DNA from: Spirochaetia bacterium
GTDB taxonomy: Bacteria > Spirochaetota > Spirochaetia > UBA9216
Reading direction: 5' to 3'
DNA length: 64,000 bases
Assembly (NCBI GenBank): GCA_965140585.1
Contig: OZ223264.1
Span: 736,001-800,000 of the forward strand
Shown here: positions 10,200-19,586 of the stretch, piece after piece
Layout of the letters: every line of letters starts with the position of its first letter
Position numbering within the stretch: position 1 is the first letter of the stretch
Made by a program: the position numbers and the translations under genes
The notes under the pieces: model-generated
What the model was told of the DNA's origin: nothing
Databases searched by the model: none
What the model saw: only the letters and a program-made list of their open reading frames with translations

Positions 10200-10383
10200 G
10201 GGGAACCTCCTGCTTCAATTATAATACTGCATAATGTATGTCGCAATAAAATTGTGTATAGCTAAATATTTACAATAATTATTAATGTTAATGTAAATAT
10301 TATGTGTAAAAATTGCAGATATTTTCATCGTTGCTGTGCTGAATAAGCTGTGTTAAACTAAAATATTATTTGATACAGAGAGG

Positions 10384-11856
10384 TTGATGATGAAATCAAG
10401 CGACAAGGTCCTGGAAAATACCATTAAAAGATGCAGGGAAAGAAATATTATAATCCCTACTTATGCACAGATGAAAAATCCTGAACTGATACCCGGCGGG
10501 ATTACGGATGAGCTTAAAAATGTCGGAATGCAGGATCTTAATTCGCTGAACCTTTTCAGGATAACATGGAAAAATGAACCGGTTGAAAGGGGCGGAGGTT
10601 TCGGAGACGTAAACTATATTGAGATACCTTCAGAGATAACAGGAGTGAAAGCCAGGATTTTTCTGCTCATAGGAAAATTCTTTCCGACCGGTGCCCACAA
10701 GGTCGGCGCGACATTCGGCCCCCTTGTAGAGAAGCTTGTTTCAGGCCATTTTGACCCGACTGAGCAGAAGGCTCTCTGGCCGTCTACTGGAAACTACTGC
10801 CGGGGCGGAGTATACAATTCATGCCTGCTGGGCTGTGATTCAATTGCCATTCTGCCCGAAGAGATGTCCAAAGAGCGTTTTGACTGGCTTCATAATCTGG
10901 GTGCAGAGGTCTTTGCAACCCATGGCTGTGAAAGCAATGTAAAAGAGATATATGACAAGTGCAAGGAGCTTGAAGCCGAACGCGGCGATCAGATAGTAAA
11001 CCTTAACCAGTTTTCAGAAATTGGCAACCCGATGTGGCACTACGCTGTTACCGGACCTGCGATGGAGGAAGTTTTTAATAATAATAAAAAGCCGGGCCAG
11101 AGATTGAGTGCTCTGTTCCTGACCCAGGGCTCTGCCGGCACTCTTGGTTCCGGAGAGTATCTGAAAACGGTATATCCCCAGCTTAAGATCTGCGCCGGTG
11201 AGGCGCTTCAATGCCCGACTCTGCTGTACAACGGTTACGGCGGCCATAGAATCGAAGGGATTGGCGACAAGCATGTACCATGGGTTCATAATCTTAAAAA
11301 TACGGATATGGCGGCCGGTATAGATGATGAAGCTGTCATAAGAATAATGCGGCTGTTCAATGAGAAAGAAGGTCAGGCTTACCTGAAAGAGAAGGGTGTT
11401 GCCGATGAGGTAATTGCCAGACTTCCATACCTGGGAATCTCCTCAATTGCAAACATGCTCGGGGCGGTCAAGATGGCCAAGTACTATGAGATGAACGGGA
11501 ATGATACCGTATTCTCTCTTGCGACCGATTCTATGGAGATGTATCAGTCCAGGCTGGCCGAGTATGATCAGAAATACGGCAAATACAGTCATGAGAAGGC
11601 CGCAGTATGCTATGAGAGATATCTTATGGGCTGCGGCACTGAGAACATGATTGAGACTACCTATTATGAGCGCAAGCGCATGCATAATCTGAAGTATTTT
11701 ACCTGGGTTGAACAGCAGGGCAAGACAGTCGAAGAGCTGAATGCTCAGTGGTACGATGATACCTACTGGACTGACCAGTTCTCCAAGGCAGATGAGTGGG
11801 ATGATAAAATCAGGGAGTTCAATGAAAAAACAGGACTTCTGAAGAAGTACATTTAG
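10384..11856 (+). CDS. PLP-dependent fold-type II enzyme (cysteine-synthase/Trp-synthase-beta-like), long form
   Basis: PLP Lys in 'FPTGAHKVG', 'STGNY', 'QGSAGT', 'IEGIG'. Confidence 0.8.
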   Translation: MMMKSSDKVLENTIKRCRERNIIIPTYAQMKNPELIPGGITDELKNVGMQDLNSLNLFRITWKNEPVERGGGFGDVNYIEIPSEITGVKARIFLLIGKFFPTGAHKVGATFGPLVEKLVSGHFDPTEQKALWPSTGNYCRGGVYNSCLLGCDSIAILPEEMSKERFDWLHNLGAEVFATHGCESNVKEIYDKCKELEAERGDQIVNLNQFSEIGNPMWHYAVTGPAMEEVFNNNKKPGQRLSALFLTQGSAGTLGSGEYLKTVYPQLKICAGEALQCPTLLYNGYGGHRIEGIGDKHVPWVHNLKNTDMAAGIDDEAVIRIMRLFNEKEGQAYLKEKGVADEVIARLPYLGISSIANMLGAVKMAKYYEMNGNDTVFSLATDSMEMYQSRLAEYDQKYGKYSHEKAAVCYERYLMGCGTENMIETTYYERKRMHNLKYFTWVEQQGKTVEELNAQWYDDTYWTDQFSKADEWDDKIREFNEKTGLLKKYI

Positions 11857-11859
11857 AGA

Positions 11860-12282
11860 TTAATAATCTCCGTTACTGAAGTTACGGTTCTTTTTAATGC
11901 CGGCGCGCCGTTTTTTGTCGGCTATTCGGGCTTCGACAGCGGCGCGTGAGGGCTTTGTTTTTTTTCGCTTCTTGTTTCTTCGAAGGCTGTCGCAGATTAG
12001 CAGAGTTAGGTTTTCTACTGCGATTTCACGGTTACGGAGCTGGGAGCGTTCCTGCTGGACGCTTATGAACAGTTCATCCTTTGTGTTTATTCTTCCTGCC
12101 AGTTTTATTCTTAGACGGGCTTTCTCTTCAATACTGAGTGAATAGATTTCTTCAACCGGAACAGTGAGAGTTACCCGGCTGTTGACCTTGTTGACGTTCT
12201 GGCCGCCTGGACCGGCTGATCTGGAGAATGAGAATATTCCGCTTTTTTCGATATCTTTTTCAAGAAGATCGGGATTTACCAT
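11860..12282 (-). CDS. arfB: Alternative ribosome-rescue peptidyl-tRNA hydrolase ArfB
   Basis: 'SRSAGPGGQNVNKV', 'ERSQLRNRE', basic C-terminal tail 'RKKTKPS...KKRR...KK.R'. Confidence 0.92.
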   Translation of the reverse strand: MVNPDLLEKDIEKSGIFSFSRSAGPGGQNVNKVNSRVTLTVPVEEIYSLSIEEKARLRIKLAGRINTKDELFISVQQERSQLRNREIAVENLTLLICDSLRRNKKRKKTKPSRAAVEARIADKKRRAGIKKNRNFSNGDY

Positions 12283-12318
12283 AAACAGATAATATACCGG
12301 GAACCCCGATCCAATCAA

Positions 12319-13185
12319 TCAGAAGATAAGGCTGTAGTTTCTGATGCAGGAGGCCAGTGCTTCAGGGCTTTCAGGAAATGTAATACCGGATGATTTCAGC
12401 CTTGTTGTATCAAGTCTTATATCCCTCGCCGCATCCCTGTACTTCTCAGTATCCCTGATTACAAGTTCGTCAAATCTATCCCCCAGGCCTGTTTCATTGA
12501 AGATGAGGCGCACTGTTTCATATCTGCTGAGGCTGTTTTCTGAACCTGTGTGATATATTCCGGCAGGCAGTTCCAGAATTCTGTTGAATTCCCTCATGAG
12601 ATCGTCGATATTTGTAAGTCCCCGGTATTCGTTGTCCGGAACCTTGAAAGGTTTTCCTTTCATGATGTTTTTCAGTGTCCCCCAGAGAATATTTTCCGAT
12701 ACGGGGCTTCCGTATTCCGGTACACCGAACATCCAGGTAAGCCGGAGTATAAGGCTGTCGCCGCAGACTGACTGGATCTGAACTTCGGCCTCAAGCTTGT
12801 TTTGACCATATACCGTATCAGGTTCTGCTGTATCTTTTTCAATGTAGGGTCCAGGGAGACTGTTGCCGTTAAACACCTGCTCTGTGCTTAGAAAGACCAT
12901 TCTTGAACCGGAGATATCACATGCCTTCGCAATATTTACCGAAGCATCTACATTGGCTGCATGGCAGAGTTCAGGATTCTCATTACAGTATGCGGTCTGG
13001 GCGATTGCTGATGTGTGCAGTACGATATCAGGCTTTACGTTTTTAAAGGTCTCAAGCACTGCACTGTAGTTTTTAAGATCCAGTTCGGTAGATGATGTCC
13101 CGGTAATGCTGAAAATATCACCGTAGGCACGGATAAACCTGCTGCCTACGAATCCTCTGCTGCCTGTTACTAAAATCCTTTTCAA
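12319..13185 (-). CDS. RmlD-like (dTDP-4-dehydrorhamnose reductase family) extended SDR
   Basis: 'TGSRGFVG', 'STEQVFNG', YxxxK 'YGQNK', 'LRLTWMFG'. Confidence 0.8.
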   Translation of the reverse strand: MKRILVTGSRGFVGSRFIRAYGDIFSITGTSSTELDLKNYSAVLETFKNVKPDIVLHTSAIAQTAYCNENPELCHAANVDASVNIAKACDISGSRMVFLSTEQVFNGNSLPGPYIEKDTAEPDTVYGQNKLEAEVQIQSVCGDSLILRLTWMFGVPEYGSPVSENILWGTLKNIMKGKPFKVPDNEYRGLTNIDDLMREFNRILELPAGIYHTGSENSLSRYETVRLIFNETGLGDRFDELVIRDTEKYRDAARDIRLDTTRLKSSGITFPESPEALASCIRNYSLIF

Positions 13186-13203
13186 ATTGTATCCTTTACG
13201 GAC

Positions 13204-14067
13204 TCAGCCTATGACTTCCTGAAAAGCTTTTGTCATAACTTCCTTGTCAGGGTCCTTGCCGGTCCACATCTTTATATTGATTGCCGCCTGATTGATAAGC
13301 ATTCCCATGCCGGTGCTCCATCCGGCACCCCGCTTTTTGGCTTCGTCCAGAAAGGGAGTGTATGCAGGGTTTGGAATTACATCCTGAACATACATGGCAG
13401 GCAGGATTGAATCATAATTGATAGGAGGCTTTTCATCAACATCAGGATAGAGTCCTATGGGGGTTGCGTTTATAAGAATCTCGGTGTCTGCCGGGACTGA
13501 AAAATTATCGGTCCACGGTACATAGTCCGCAGCAACCTTTGTTTTGGTCTTTAGTGTTTCTATCAGTGATACTGCAAGAGCTTCATCCTTAGGGATATTA
13601 ACAATGGTTATCCTCTCTGCTCCGGCAAAGGCCAGTTCGACTGATATTGCGCGGGCGGCGCCGCCTGCGCCCAGAATTAAAACCTTTTTGTTTTCAGGAG
13701 AGATGCCGGAGTTTCTGAGTGATTCCATGAAGCCCTTGCCGTCAGTGTTTTCCCCAAAAAGTCTGCCGTCGTTGTTTACTATCATGTTCACTGCGCCAAT
13801 AAGCTCTGCACTTGGAGATATTTCATCAAGATATTTAAGCACTTCTATTTTATGAGGGATTGTGCAGTTTATGCCCTTCATTTTCATGGCCTTCAGTCCT
13901 GTTATTGCATCTGCAAGCTTTCCTGGGTCAACATCAATTGTAAGAAAGCGCCAGCGTTCAAGGCCCATAGCTTTAAATGCAGCCTCCTGTATGACTACTC
14001 CCGGGTTTTCTGCTGCCGGATGGCCGAATACGCCTACCAGATTATCCAGATAATTCTGTTCCTTCAT
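13204..14067 (-). CDS. Shikimate dehydrogenase family (AroE/YdiB-like) oxidoreductase
   Basis: 'NCTIPHK', 'GAVN', 'NTDG.GF', GAGGAAR, 'INATPIG', 'GMLINQA'; the usual N-terminal 'HSLSP' is replaced by 'ENPGV'. Confidence 0.8.
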   Translation of the reverse strand: MKEQNYLDNLVGVFGHPAAENPGVVIQEAAFKAMGLERWRFLTIDVDPGKLADAITGLKAMKMKGINCTIPHKIEVLKYLDEISPSAELIGAVNMIVNNDGRLFGENTDGKGFMESLRNSGISPENKKVLILGAGGAARAISVELAFAGAERITIVNIPKDEALAVSLIETLKTKTKVAADYVPWTDNFSVPADTEILINATPIGLYPDVDEKPPINYDSILPAMYVQDVIPNPAYTPFLDEAKKRGAGWSTGMGMLINQAAINIKMWTGKDPDKEVMTKAFQEVIG

Positions 14068-14126
14068 AACTGCTCTCCTGTTTTGTTTGAAAGAAAATAT
14101 AAAAAGTGTAAATGAAAAAATAATAC

Positions 14127-14167
14127 TTTCGTATAAAGATGATAAGGCAGTGAAAGAGGCTTGTCAA
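14127..14167 (-). promoter_or_regulatory. Sigma70 promoter of the AroE-like gene with adjacent operator-like site
   Basis: Minus strand TTGACA (14167-14162) 17 bp TATCAT (14144-14139); TTTCGTATAAAG at 14127-14138. Confidence 0.6.
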
Positions 14168-14302
14168 TCTTAATAATTCTGTAATGTTATAAAAGCAATT
14201 CATATTACCCTGTTTTTGCAGTAGCCTGGCCCTGAAAATAGGTAAAGAGGAGGATGAAAGTATATTAAAAGGCTAATATTTAGAATTTGCAATTATGATT
14301 TA

Positions 14303-14331
14303 TTGACTTTCATATGAAAAGCAAATACTAT
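14303..14331 (+). promoter_or_regulatory. Sigma70 promoter of the glycyl radical enzyme with a palindromic operator in the spacer
   Basis: TTGACT 17 bp TACTAT; perfect palindrome TTTCATATGAAA at 14308-14319. Confidence 0.65.
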
Positions 14332-14356
14332 AAATACAAAAATATTTGGAGCTATT

Positions 14357-16744
14357 ATGACTGGCAGAATCAGCGGCTACAGAGACAGAATTCTCAAAAC
14401 TAAACCTACGGTGTGTATTGAAAGGGCTCGTTTTTATACTGAAGCCTATAAAAAGCACGAAGACAAACCGGTAATTATAAAAAGAGCTCATGCACTCCGG
14501 GATACTTTGGAGAATATGAGCATAAGGATTGAACCGGAAGATCTGATAGTTGGAAACCATTCTTCTGCTATTTATGCTGCTCCGATTTTCCCTGAATATG
14601 CTGTTGAGTGGATTGAAAAAGAAATCGATGAGTTTGAGAAAAGAAGCGGCGACGCCTTCTACCCCTCAGATGAAATAAAAAAAGAGCTTCTGGAACTCTG
14701 CAGATACTGGGAGCATAAAACAACCCTTGATAAGGGCCGTGCAATGATGGCGGAAGAACTGCTTGAAATTCACGAAACAGGAATAATCCGTGCAGAAGGA
14801 AATCTGACCTCCGGTGATGCGCACATAGCCGCTCATTTCAGGCTCATTCTTGAAAACGGACTGGAGTGGTTTAAGCAAAAGGCTTCAGATAAACTTGAAA
14901 CCTCGGATTTTATATCAGGCGAGGATATTAAAAAGCGGCTGTTTTACAAGTCGGTCATAATGAGCCTCGAAGCCATGCAGGATTTTATACTCCGTTTTGC
15001 AGACCTTGCATTGGAAATGAGCCGATCCGAAGCTGATGAGCAGCGGAAAGCAGAGCTTGAAAAAATAGAAAAGAACTGCCGCAGCATATCTGCAGGTAAA
15101 CCCGAGACTTTCTACCAGGCTCTTCAGCTGACATATTTTGTGCAGTTAGTTCTTCAGATAGAGAGCAACGGACATTCGCTGTCACTTGGAAGGATGGATC
15201 AGTATCTGTATCCCTTCTATAAAGAGGATGCGGATAAAGGACTGATAGATGATGATGAGGTGATGGAGCTTCTAGAAAACCTCTGGCTCAAACTTGTAAG
15301 TATCAAAAAGATCCGCTCCTGGTCGCATACCCGGTTTTCTGCCGGCGGACCGCTTTATCAGAATGTGACGATTGGCGGTCAGCTTCAGGACGGTTCAGAT
15401 GCAGCAAACGAACTGTCTTTCCTGATTCTTAAATCAGTAGGCGAGACAAAACTGACTCAGCCGAATCTTTCAGTTCGTTTTCATCCGGGAATTGACAACG
15501 AGTTTCTACGTGAATGCATCAGGGTAATCCGGCTGGGCTTCGGGATGCCTGCTTTCAATAATGACTCAATAGTAATCCCCTCATTCCTTGACCTGGGAGT
15601 TGAACCCGAAGATGCCTGGGACTATTCGGCCATAGGCTGTATTGAGACAGCGGTGCCTGGTAAGTGGGGATACAGATGTACCGGAAAGCATTTTCTCAAT
15701 TTTATGAGGGTTTTCCTTGCAGCCCTTAATGATGGAAAAGACCCTGTAAGTGGAAAAACTTTCTGCAGCGGTACCGGAAAATTTACCGATTTTACCGATT
15801 TCAGCCAGGTAATGGATGCCTGGGAAAAACAGGTAAGGTTTTTTGCAAAGGCCGGTGTTGCCATAGATTCCGCAATTGATGTGGTCCTGCGGGATGAAGC
15901 TCCCGATATTCTATGTTCAGCCTTTACCGATGACTGTCTGGATCGGGGCCTTACAATACATGAAGGTGGAAGTAAATATGATTTTGAATCGGGACTTCAG
16001 GTTGGAATAGCCAACCTTGGAGATTCTCTTGCTGCAATAAAGAAGCTCGTATTTGAAGAAAAGCGTATAAGTCCGTCGGAACTTATGAATGCGATTGAAA
16101 ACGATTTTGCAGGCCAGGAAGGTGAGAAGCTGAGGCAGATTCTTCTTAACTTTGCCCCGAAATTCGGAAATGATGAAGATTATGTAGATAATCTGCTTGG
16201 TGAAGCCTATGATAAATATCTCGATGAGGTTGAAAAATACAGTACCATCAGAAAAGGCAGTCCTGCAATCGGCTGCCGCTATTATGGCGGTACCTCCAGT
16301 ATTTCAAGTAATGTTCCCTCAGGTGCAATAGTTCCGGCAACACCCGACGGAAGAAAGGCCTGGACTCCGCTTGCAGAAGGAGCCTCACCCTCAGCCGGCG
16401 CTGACAGATGCGGACCGACCGCAGTGCTTCAGAGCATCGGAAAGCTGCCGACTGACCGAATCCTCGGCGGAGTCTTGCTAAACCAGAAATTCACCCCTGC
16501 AGTTCTTGATTCAGGCGCAAACAGGGAAAAACTGATTTCAATGCTGCATACATTCTTTGATGATCTCAAGGGCTGGCATATACAGTACAATATTGTTGAT
16601 AAGGAAACCCTTGTTGAGGCTCAGGAGAAACCTGAGGAGTATAACGATCTTGTTGTCAGGGTTGCAGGGTACTCTGCCTTTTTCACCAATCTTTCAACCG
16701 AAACCCAGAATGATATTATTTCAAGGACAGAGCAGACCATGTAA
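14357..16744 (+). CDS. ybiW: Glycyl radical enzyme, YbiW/PflF subfamily
   Basis: C-terminal glycyl motif 'LVVRVAGYS'; single-Cys 'IGCIETAVPGKWGYRCTG'; 'AEGNLTSGDAH', 'QIESNGHS' and 'SAG.PLYQNVTIGGQ' match recalled E. coli YbiW; lacks the Cys-Cys of PflB. Confidence 0.85.
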   Translation: MTGRISGYRDRILKTKPTVCIERARFYTEAYKKHEDKPVIIKRAHALRDTLENMSIRIEPEDLIVGNHSSAIYAAPIFPEYAVEWIEKEIDEFEKRSGDAFYPSDEIKKELLELCRYWEHKTTLDKGRAMMAEELLEIHETGIIRAEGNLTSGDAHIAAHFRLILENGLEWFKQKASDKLETSDFISGEDIKKRLFYKSVIMSLEAMQDFILRFADLALEMSRSEADEQRKAELEKIEKNCRSISAGKPETFYQALQLTYFVQLVLQIESNGHSLSLGRMDQYLYPFYKEDADKGLIDDDEVMELLENLWLKLVSIKKIRSWSHTRFSAGGPLYQNVTIGGQLQDGSDAANELSFLILKSVGETKLTQPNLSVRFHPGIDNEFLRECIRVIRLGFGMPAFNNDSIVIPSFLDLGVEPEDAWDYSAIGCIETAVPGKWGYRCTGKHFLNFMRVFLAALNDGKDPVSGKTFCSGTGKFTDFTDFSQVMDAWEKQVRFFAKAGVAIDSAIDVVLRDEAPDILCSAFTDDCLDRGLTIHEGGSKYDFESGLQVGIANLGDSLAAIKKLVFEEKRISPSELMNAIENDFAGQEGEKLRQILLNFAPKFGNDEDYVDNLLGEAYDKYLDEVEKYSTIRKGSPAIGCRYYGGTSSISSNVPSGAIVPATPDGRKAWTPLAEGASPSAGADRCGPTAVLQSIGKLPTDRILGGVLLNQKFTPAVLDSGANREKLISMLHTFFDDLKGWHIQYNIVDKETLVEAQEKPEEYNDLVVRVAGYSAFFTNLSTETQNDIISRTEQTM

Positions 16745-16755
16745 ACAGTCTGCAG

Positions 16756-16794
16756 AAAAAAAGCTGAGTCAGGTCGTTCTGCTCAGCTTTTTTT
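16756..16794. terminator. Bidirectional terminator between the convergent GRE and activating-enzyme genes
   Basis: AAAAAAAGCTGAG...CTCAGCTTTTTTT. Confidence 0.8.
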
Positions 16795-16807
16795 ATTTAT
16801 ATGAGTG

Positions 16808-17732
16808 CTAAATCTTTTTTTCTCTGACCGGATTCAGCTCATATCTTTCAAGAATTGAGTACAGTTCATCCAGTTCCTCTTCGGTAAGGGGGGCAAGCCC
16901 CTTGAGTACTTGATAATCCCTGTCCATCGTATGGTACTTGCTTTCAGCAAGCGGATTAAAGTTGATCAGCTCAAGCGACGTTTCCAGGTGCATTATCTGA
17001 TACGAAGGAAGCCACAGCTTCAACATTTTCCGGTGTTGCCGTTATTCCGGGTATCAGAGGTATACGTACAAGTATTTCGGAATGGACAGCCGAAAGTTTT
17101 TTGAAGTTTTCAAGAATAATGCGGTTATCGGTTCCTGTGTACTTTTTATGCATCTCGTTATCAATCAGTTTTTATATCAACAATGAAAAGATCGGTACAT
17201 TCCTTAAAACTTAAAAGAATTTCAGGCTTTGTAAACATGGACGATTCTATTGCAGTATGAACACCTTTCGCTTTACATGCGCTTAATACCGCTTTGCTGA
17301 AATCAGGCTGAAAAACGGGATCACCGCCGGAAATTGTAATACCGCCTCCCGGATGTTTCATAAAATTCCCGGTCTTTTAGCAGTGTCTTCTACGGCCTCA
17401 TCAACCGACATATAGTATCCGTCGAAGCTGAGTGCCTTTGTGGGACATGCTGCGACACAGTCGCCGCAGCGTGTGCATTTATCATGATCTATTTTTATAA
17501 AGGGCTCTCCGGGTAATGCGGCTGTGAGCGCCCCGAAGCTGCAGGCTTCGACACAGGATTTACATGCTATGCACTTACGTTCAAAGAACCAGAGACTGAG
17601 TTTGATATTTATACCTTCGGGGTTGTGACACCAGAGGCAGCCGAGGGGACAGCCTTTAAGAAAAAGTGTTGTTCTTATTCCCGGACCATCATGCACCGCA
17701 AATTTTTTAAAATCAAAAACTATTCCGTTCAT
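16808..17732 (-). pseudogene. Glycyl-radical activating enzyme (radical SAM with ferredoxin insert), split by at least 4 single-base insertions (sequencing error or decay)
   Basis: 'HDGPGIRTTLFLKGCPLGCLWCHNPE', CxxCxxCxxxC twice, 'GITISGG', 'RIPLIPG' spread over ORFs 17358-17732, 17161-17361, 16971-17153 and 16808-17026. Confidence 0.88.
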
Positions 17733-17811
17733 CTGTTAAACCTCATTTGGATATTTTTACCAGAACACCCTGATTTTGGCAATTAAAAGGGTAAATCCTT
17801 GAAAATAAAAT

Positions 17812-17874
17812 TTGACAACTGTAATTTGATGGTGTATTGTATCACATACGATAAAAAATTACTATCATTCGAAA
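17812..17874 (+). promoter_or_regulatory. Sigma70 promoter with an operator-like site upstream of the UPF0303/ABC operon
   Basis: TTGACA (17812) 17 bp TATTGT (17835); TATCATTCGAAA at 17863-17874. Confidence 0.55.
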
Positions 17875-17900
17875 GAAAAAATCAAGGCGAAAGATGGAAG

Positions 17901-18378
17901 ATGAGTAACATATTGAAAGCCAGAGACGAAGAGCATTCCGAGCTTCAATTCAGTTCTTTTTCGAATTCAATGGCGCTTGAGCTTGGACTGAGGCTTGTAG
18001 AGAAAGCCCGTCTCAAGGAACAAGTAGTTACTGTTGATATAAGAAAGCATGGACAGCAGATATTTCATTACGCGCTTGAAGGAACCTCAGCTGATAACGA
18101 CAGCTTGGATAATCCGGAAAAGCAGGGTTGCAGACCGCTTCGGTAAAAGCTCCCTTTATATGAAAGAGGCTGCTGGCTTGAAAAGGAAAATATCACTCGA
18201 TGAGCTCTATTTTATTGACGGAAATGAATATGCGGCCTTCGGCGGTTCATTTCCAATAATAATAAAAGAGACCGGGCCTATAGGGACAGGTAACAGTCAG
18301 CGGTCTGCCGGATGTGGAAGGACCATGAACTTGTTGTATCAGTAATTGAGGGAATTTGTCCGTAAGGACACAGATTAA
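17901..18378 (+). pseudogene. UPF0303 / heme-degrading (GlcG/HbpS-like) domain protein, frameshifted
   Basis: 'LQFSSFSNSMALELG...GTSADND-W I.RK.RV..RFGKSSLY...YAAFGGSFPI...G...VSGLP' across three frames. Confidence 0.75.
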
Positions 18379-18482
18379 ACACTGAAAATCAGTATTAAGG
18401 AGGTTTACATATTTTTTGTCAACAGAGAGTTAGGTTGGTTTAGATTTTAATTAAGAATCAGATTTTTTAATGGAGGACTTAA

Positions 18483-19438
18483 ATGAAAAGAGTAATTGTA
18501 CTGATTTGCATAGTATTAATGGTTGGTGCTATGGCATTTGCGGGTGGTCAGCAGGAAGCTGCCGGCGGAATGGAAAAAGTTGCCTTTATTCCGGGTGAAA
18601 TTGCAAACCCGTCACGGGCTTTTGCAGCAAAGATGTTTGAAAAACATGCAGCTGAATATAATTTTGACGTAACAATCCTTGACGGTAAGGGTGATGCTCA
18701 GGTTGAAACCCAGCTGATCAATAATGCTGTAGCTCAGAAATTCGCAGCTATATTTGTTAACCCCAACGATATCAACGCAGTTATCCCCCGCTCTTATAAA
18801 AGCTAAGAAAGCCGGTGTTATTGTAGGTATGTTCTCATCGGACGTTCCTGCAGAAAGTGCAGATATGGCACGTGATTTCTTCGTAGGTGTTAACGACCTT
18901 ATGGCTGGTGAAGCCGCCGGTCAGGCATTCCTGAACAAAATTCCCAACGGTGCAAAGATTGTTGAGATAGGGCGGTCAGTCAGGACATGATGCCCAGATC
19001 AAGAGACATGATGGTTTCAACCAGAAAATTGCAGGTTCAAAACTTGAAGTAATTGATTACAAAGGCATGTCAGCAGTGGGATACAAACCAGGCTATGATG
19101 ATAATGGAAGACATGATTGTAAAATACGGTGAAGAAATTGACGGTATCTTCTGTCACTGGGACGGGCGGTGCAACAGGTATACTCAATGCACTTGATGCA
19201 GCAGGTATGACCGGAAAATTTATCGTAGGTGTAGACGGCAACAGGGCCGGTTTCGACCAGGTTAGAAGCGGCCGGCAGGAGTGTCACCATTATGCAGAAC
19301 TTTGAAAATATGGCAATGATAGAAATGCAGACCGCCAGAGACCTTCTCGACGGCAAATCAATCAAAGTTGTAAACTTCATACCGCTTGATATAGTAGACC
19401 TTTCAAATATCGATACTTTCACTCCTCCTGAGTGGTAG
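18483..19438 (+). pseudogene. Sugar ABC transporter substrate-binding protein (RbsB-like), frameshifted
   Basis: Spirochaete-type leader 'AFAGGQQEAAG', 'LDGKGD', 'FVGVND', 'VGVDG'; several +1 insertions; ends 'TPPEW*'. Confidence 0.8.
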
Positions 19439-19463
19439 GATTTAACTGGTAAAAATAAATGAG

Positions 19464-19503
19464 ATAAGCTCGTTTTTACATGATTATGTCTAAACGGGCT
19501 TAT
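19464..19503 (+). terminator. Intercistronic hairpin after the binding-protein gene
   Basis: ATAAGCTCGTTT...AAACGGGCTTAT. Confidence 0.55.
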
Positions 19504-19586
19504 TCATAGAAGCAATTTTAAAACTTAGAGAGTTTTGAATTGCTCCCTCATCTATCTAAAAAAGAAAAAGCTTACAAAGAAAGAGG

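Noticed and set aside
14357-16744. Pyruvate formate-lyase
   Set aside because: It has the single-Cys GCIE motif rather than the adjacent Cys-Cys of PflB, and the sequence resembles YbiW
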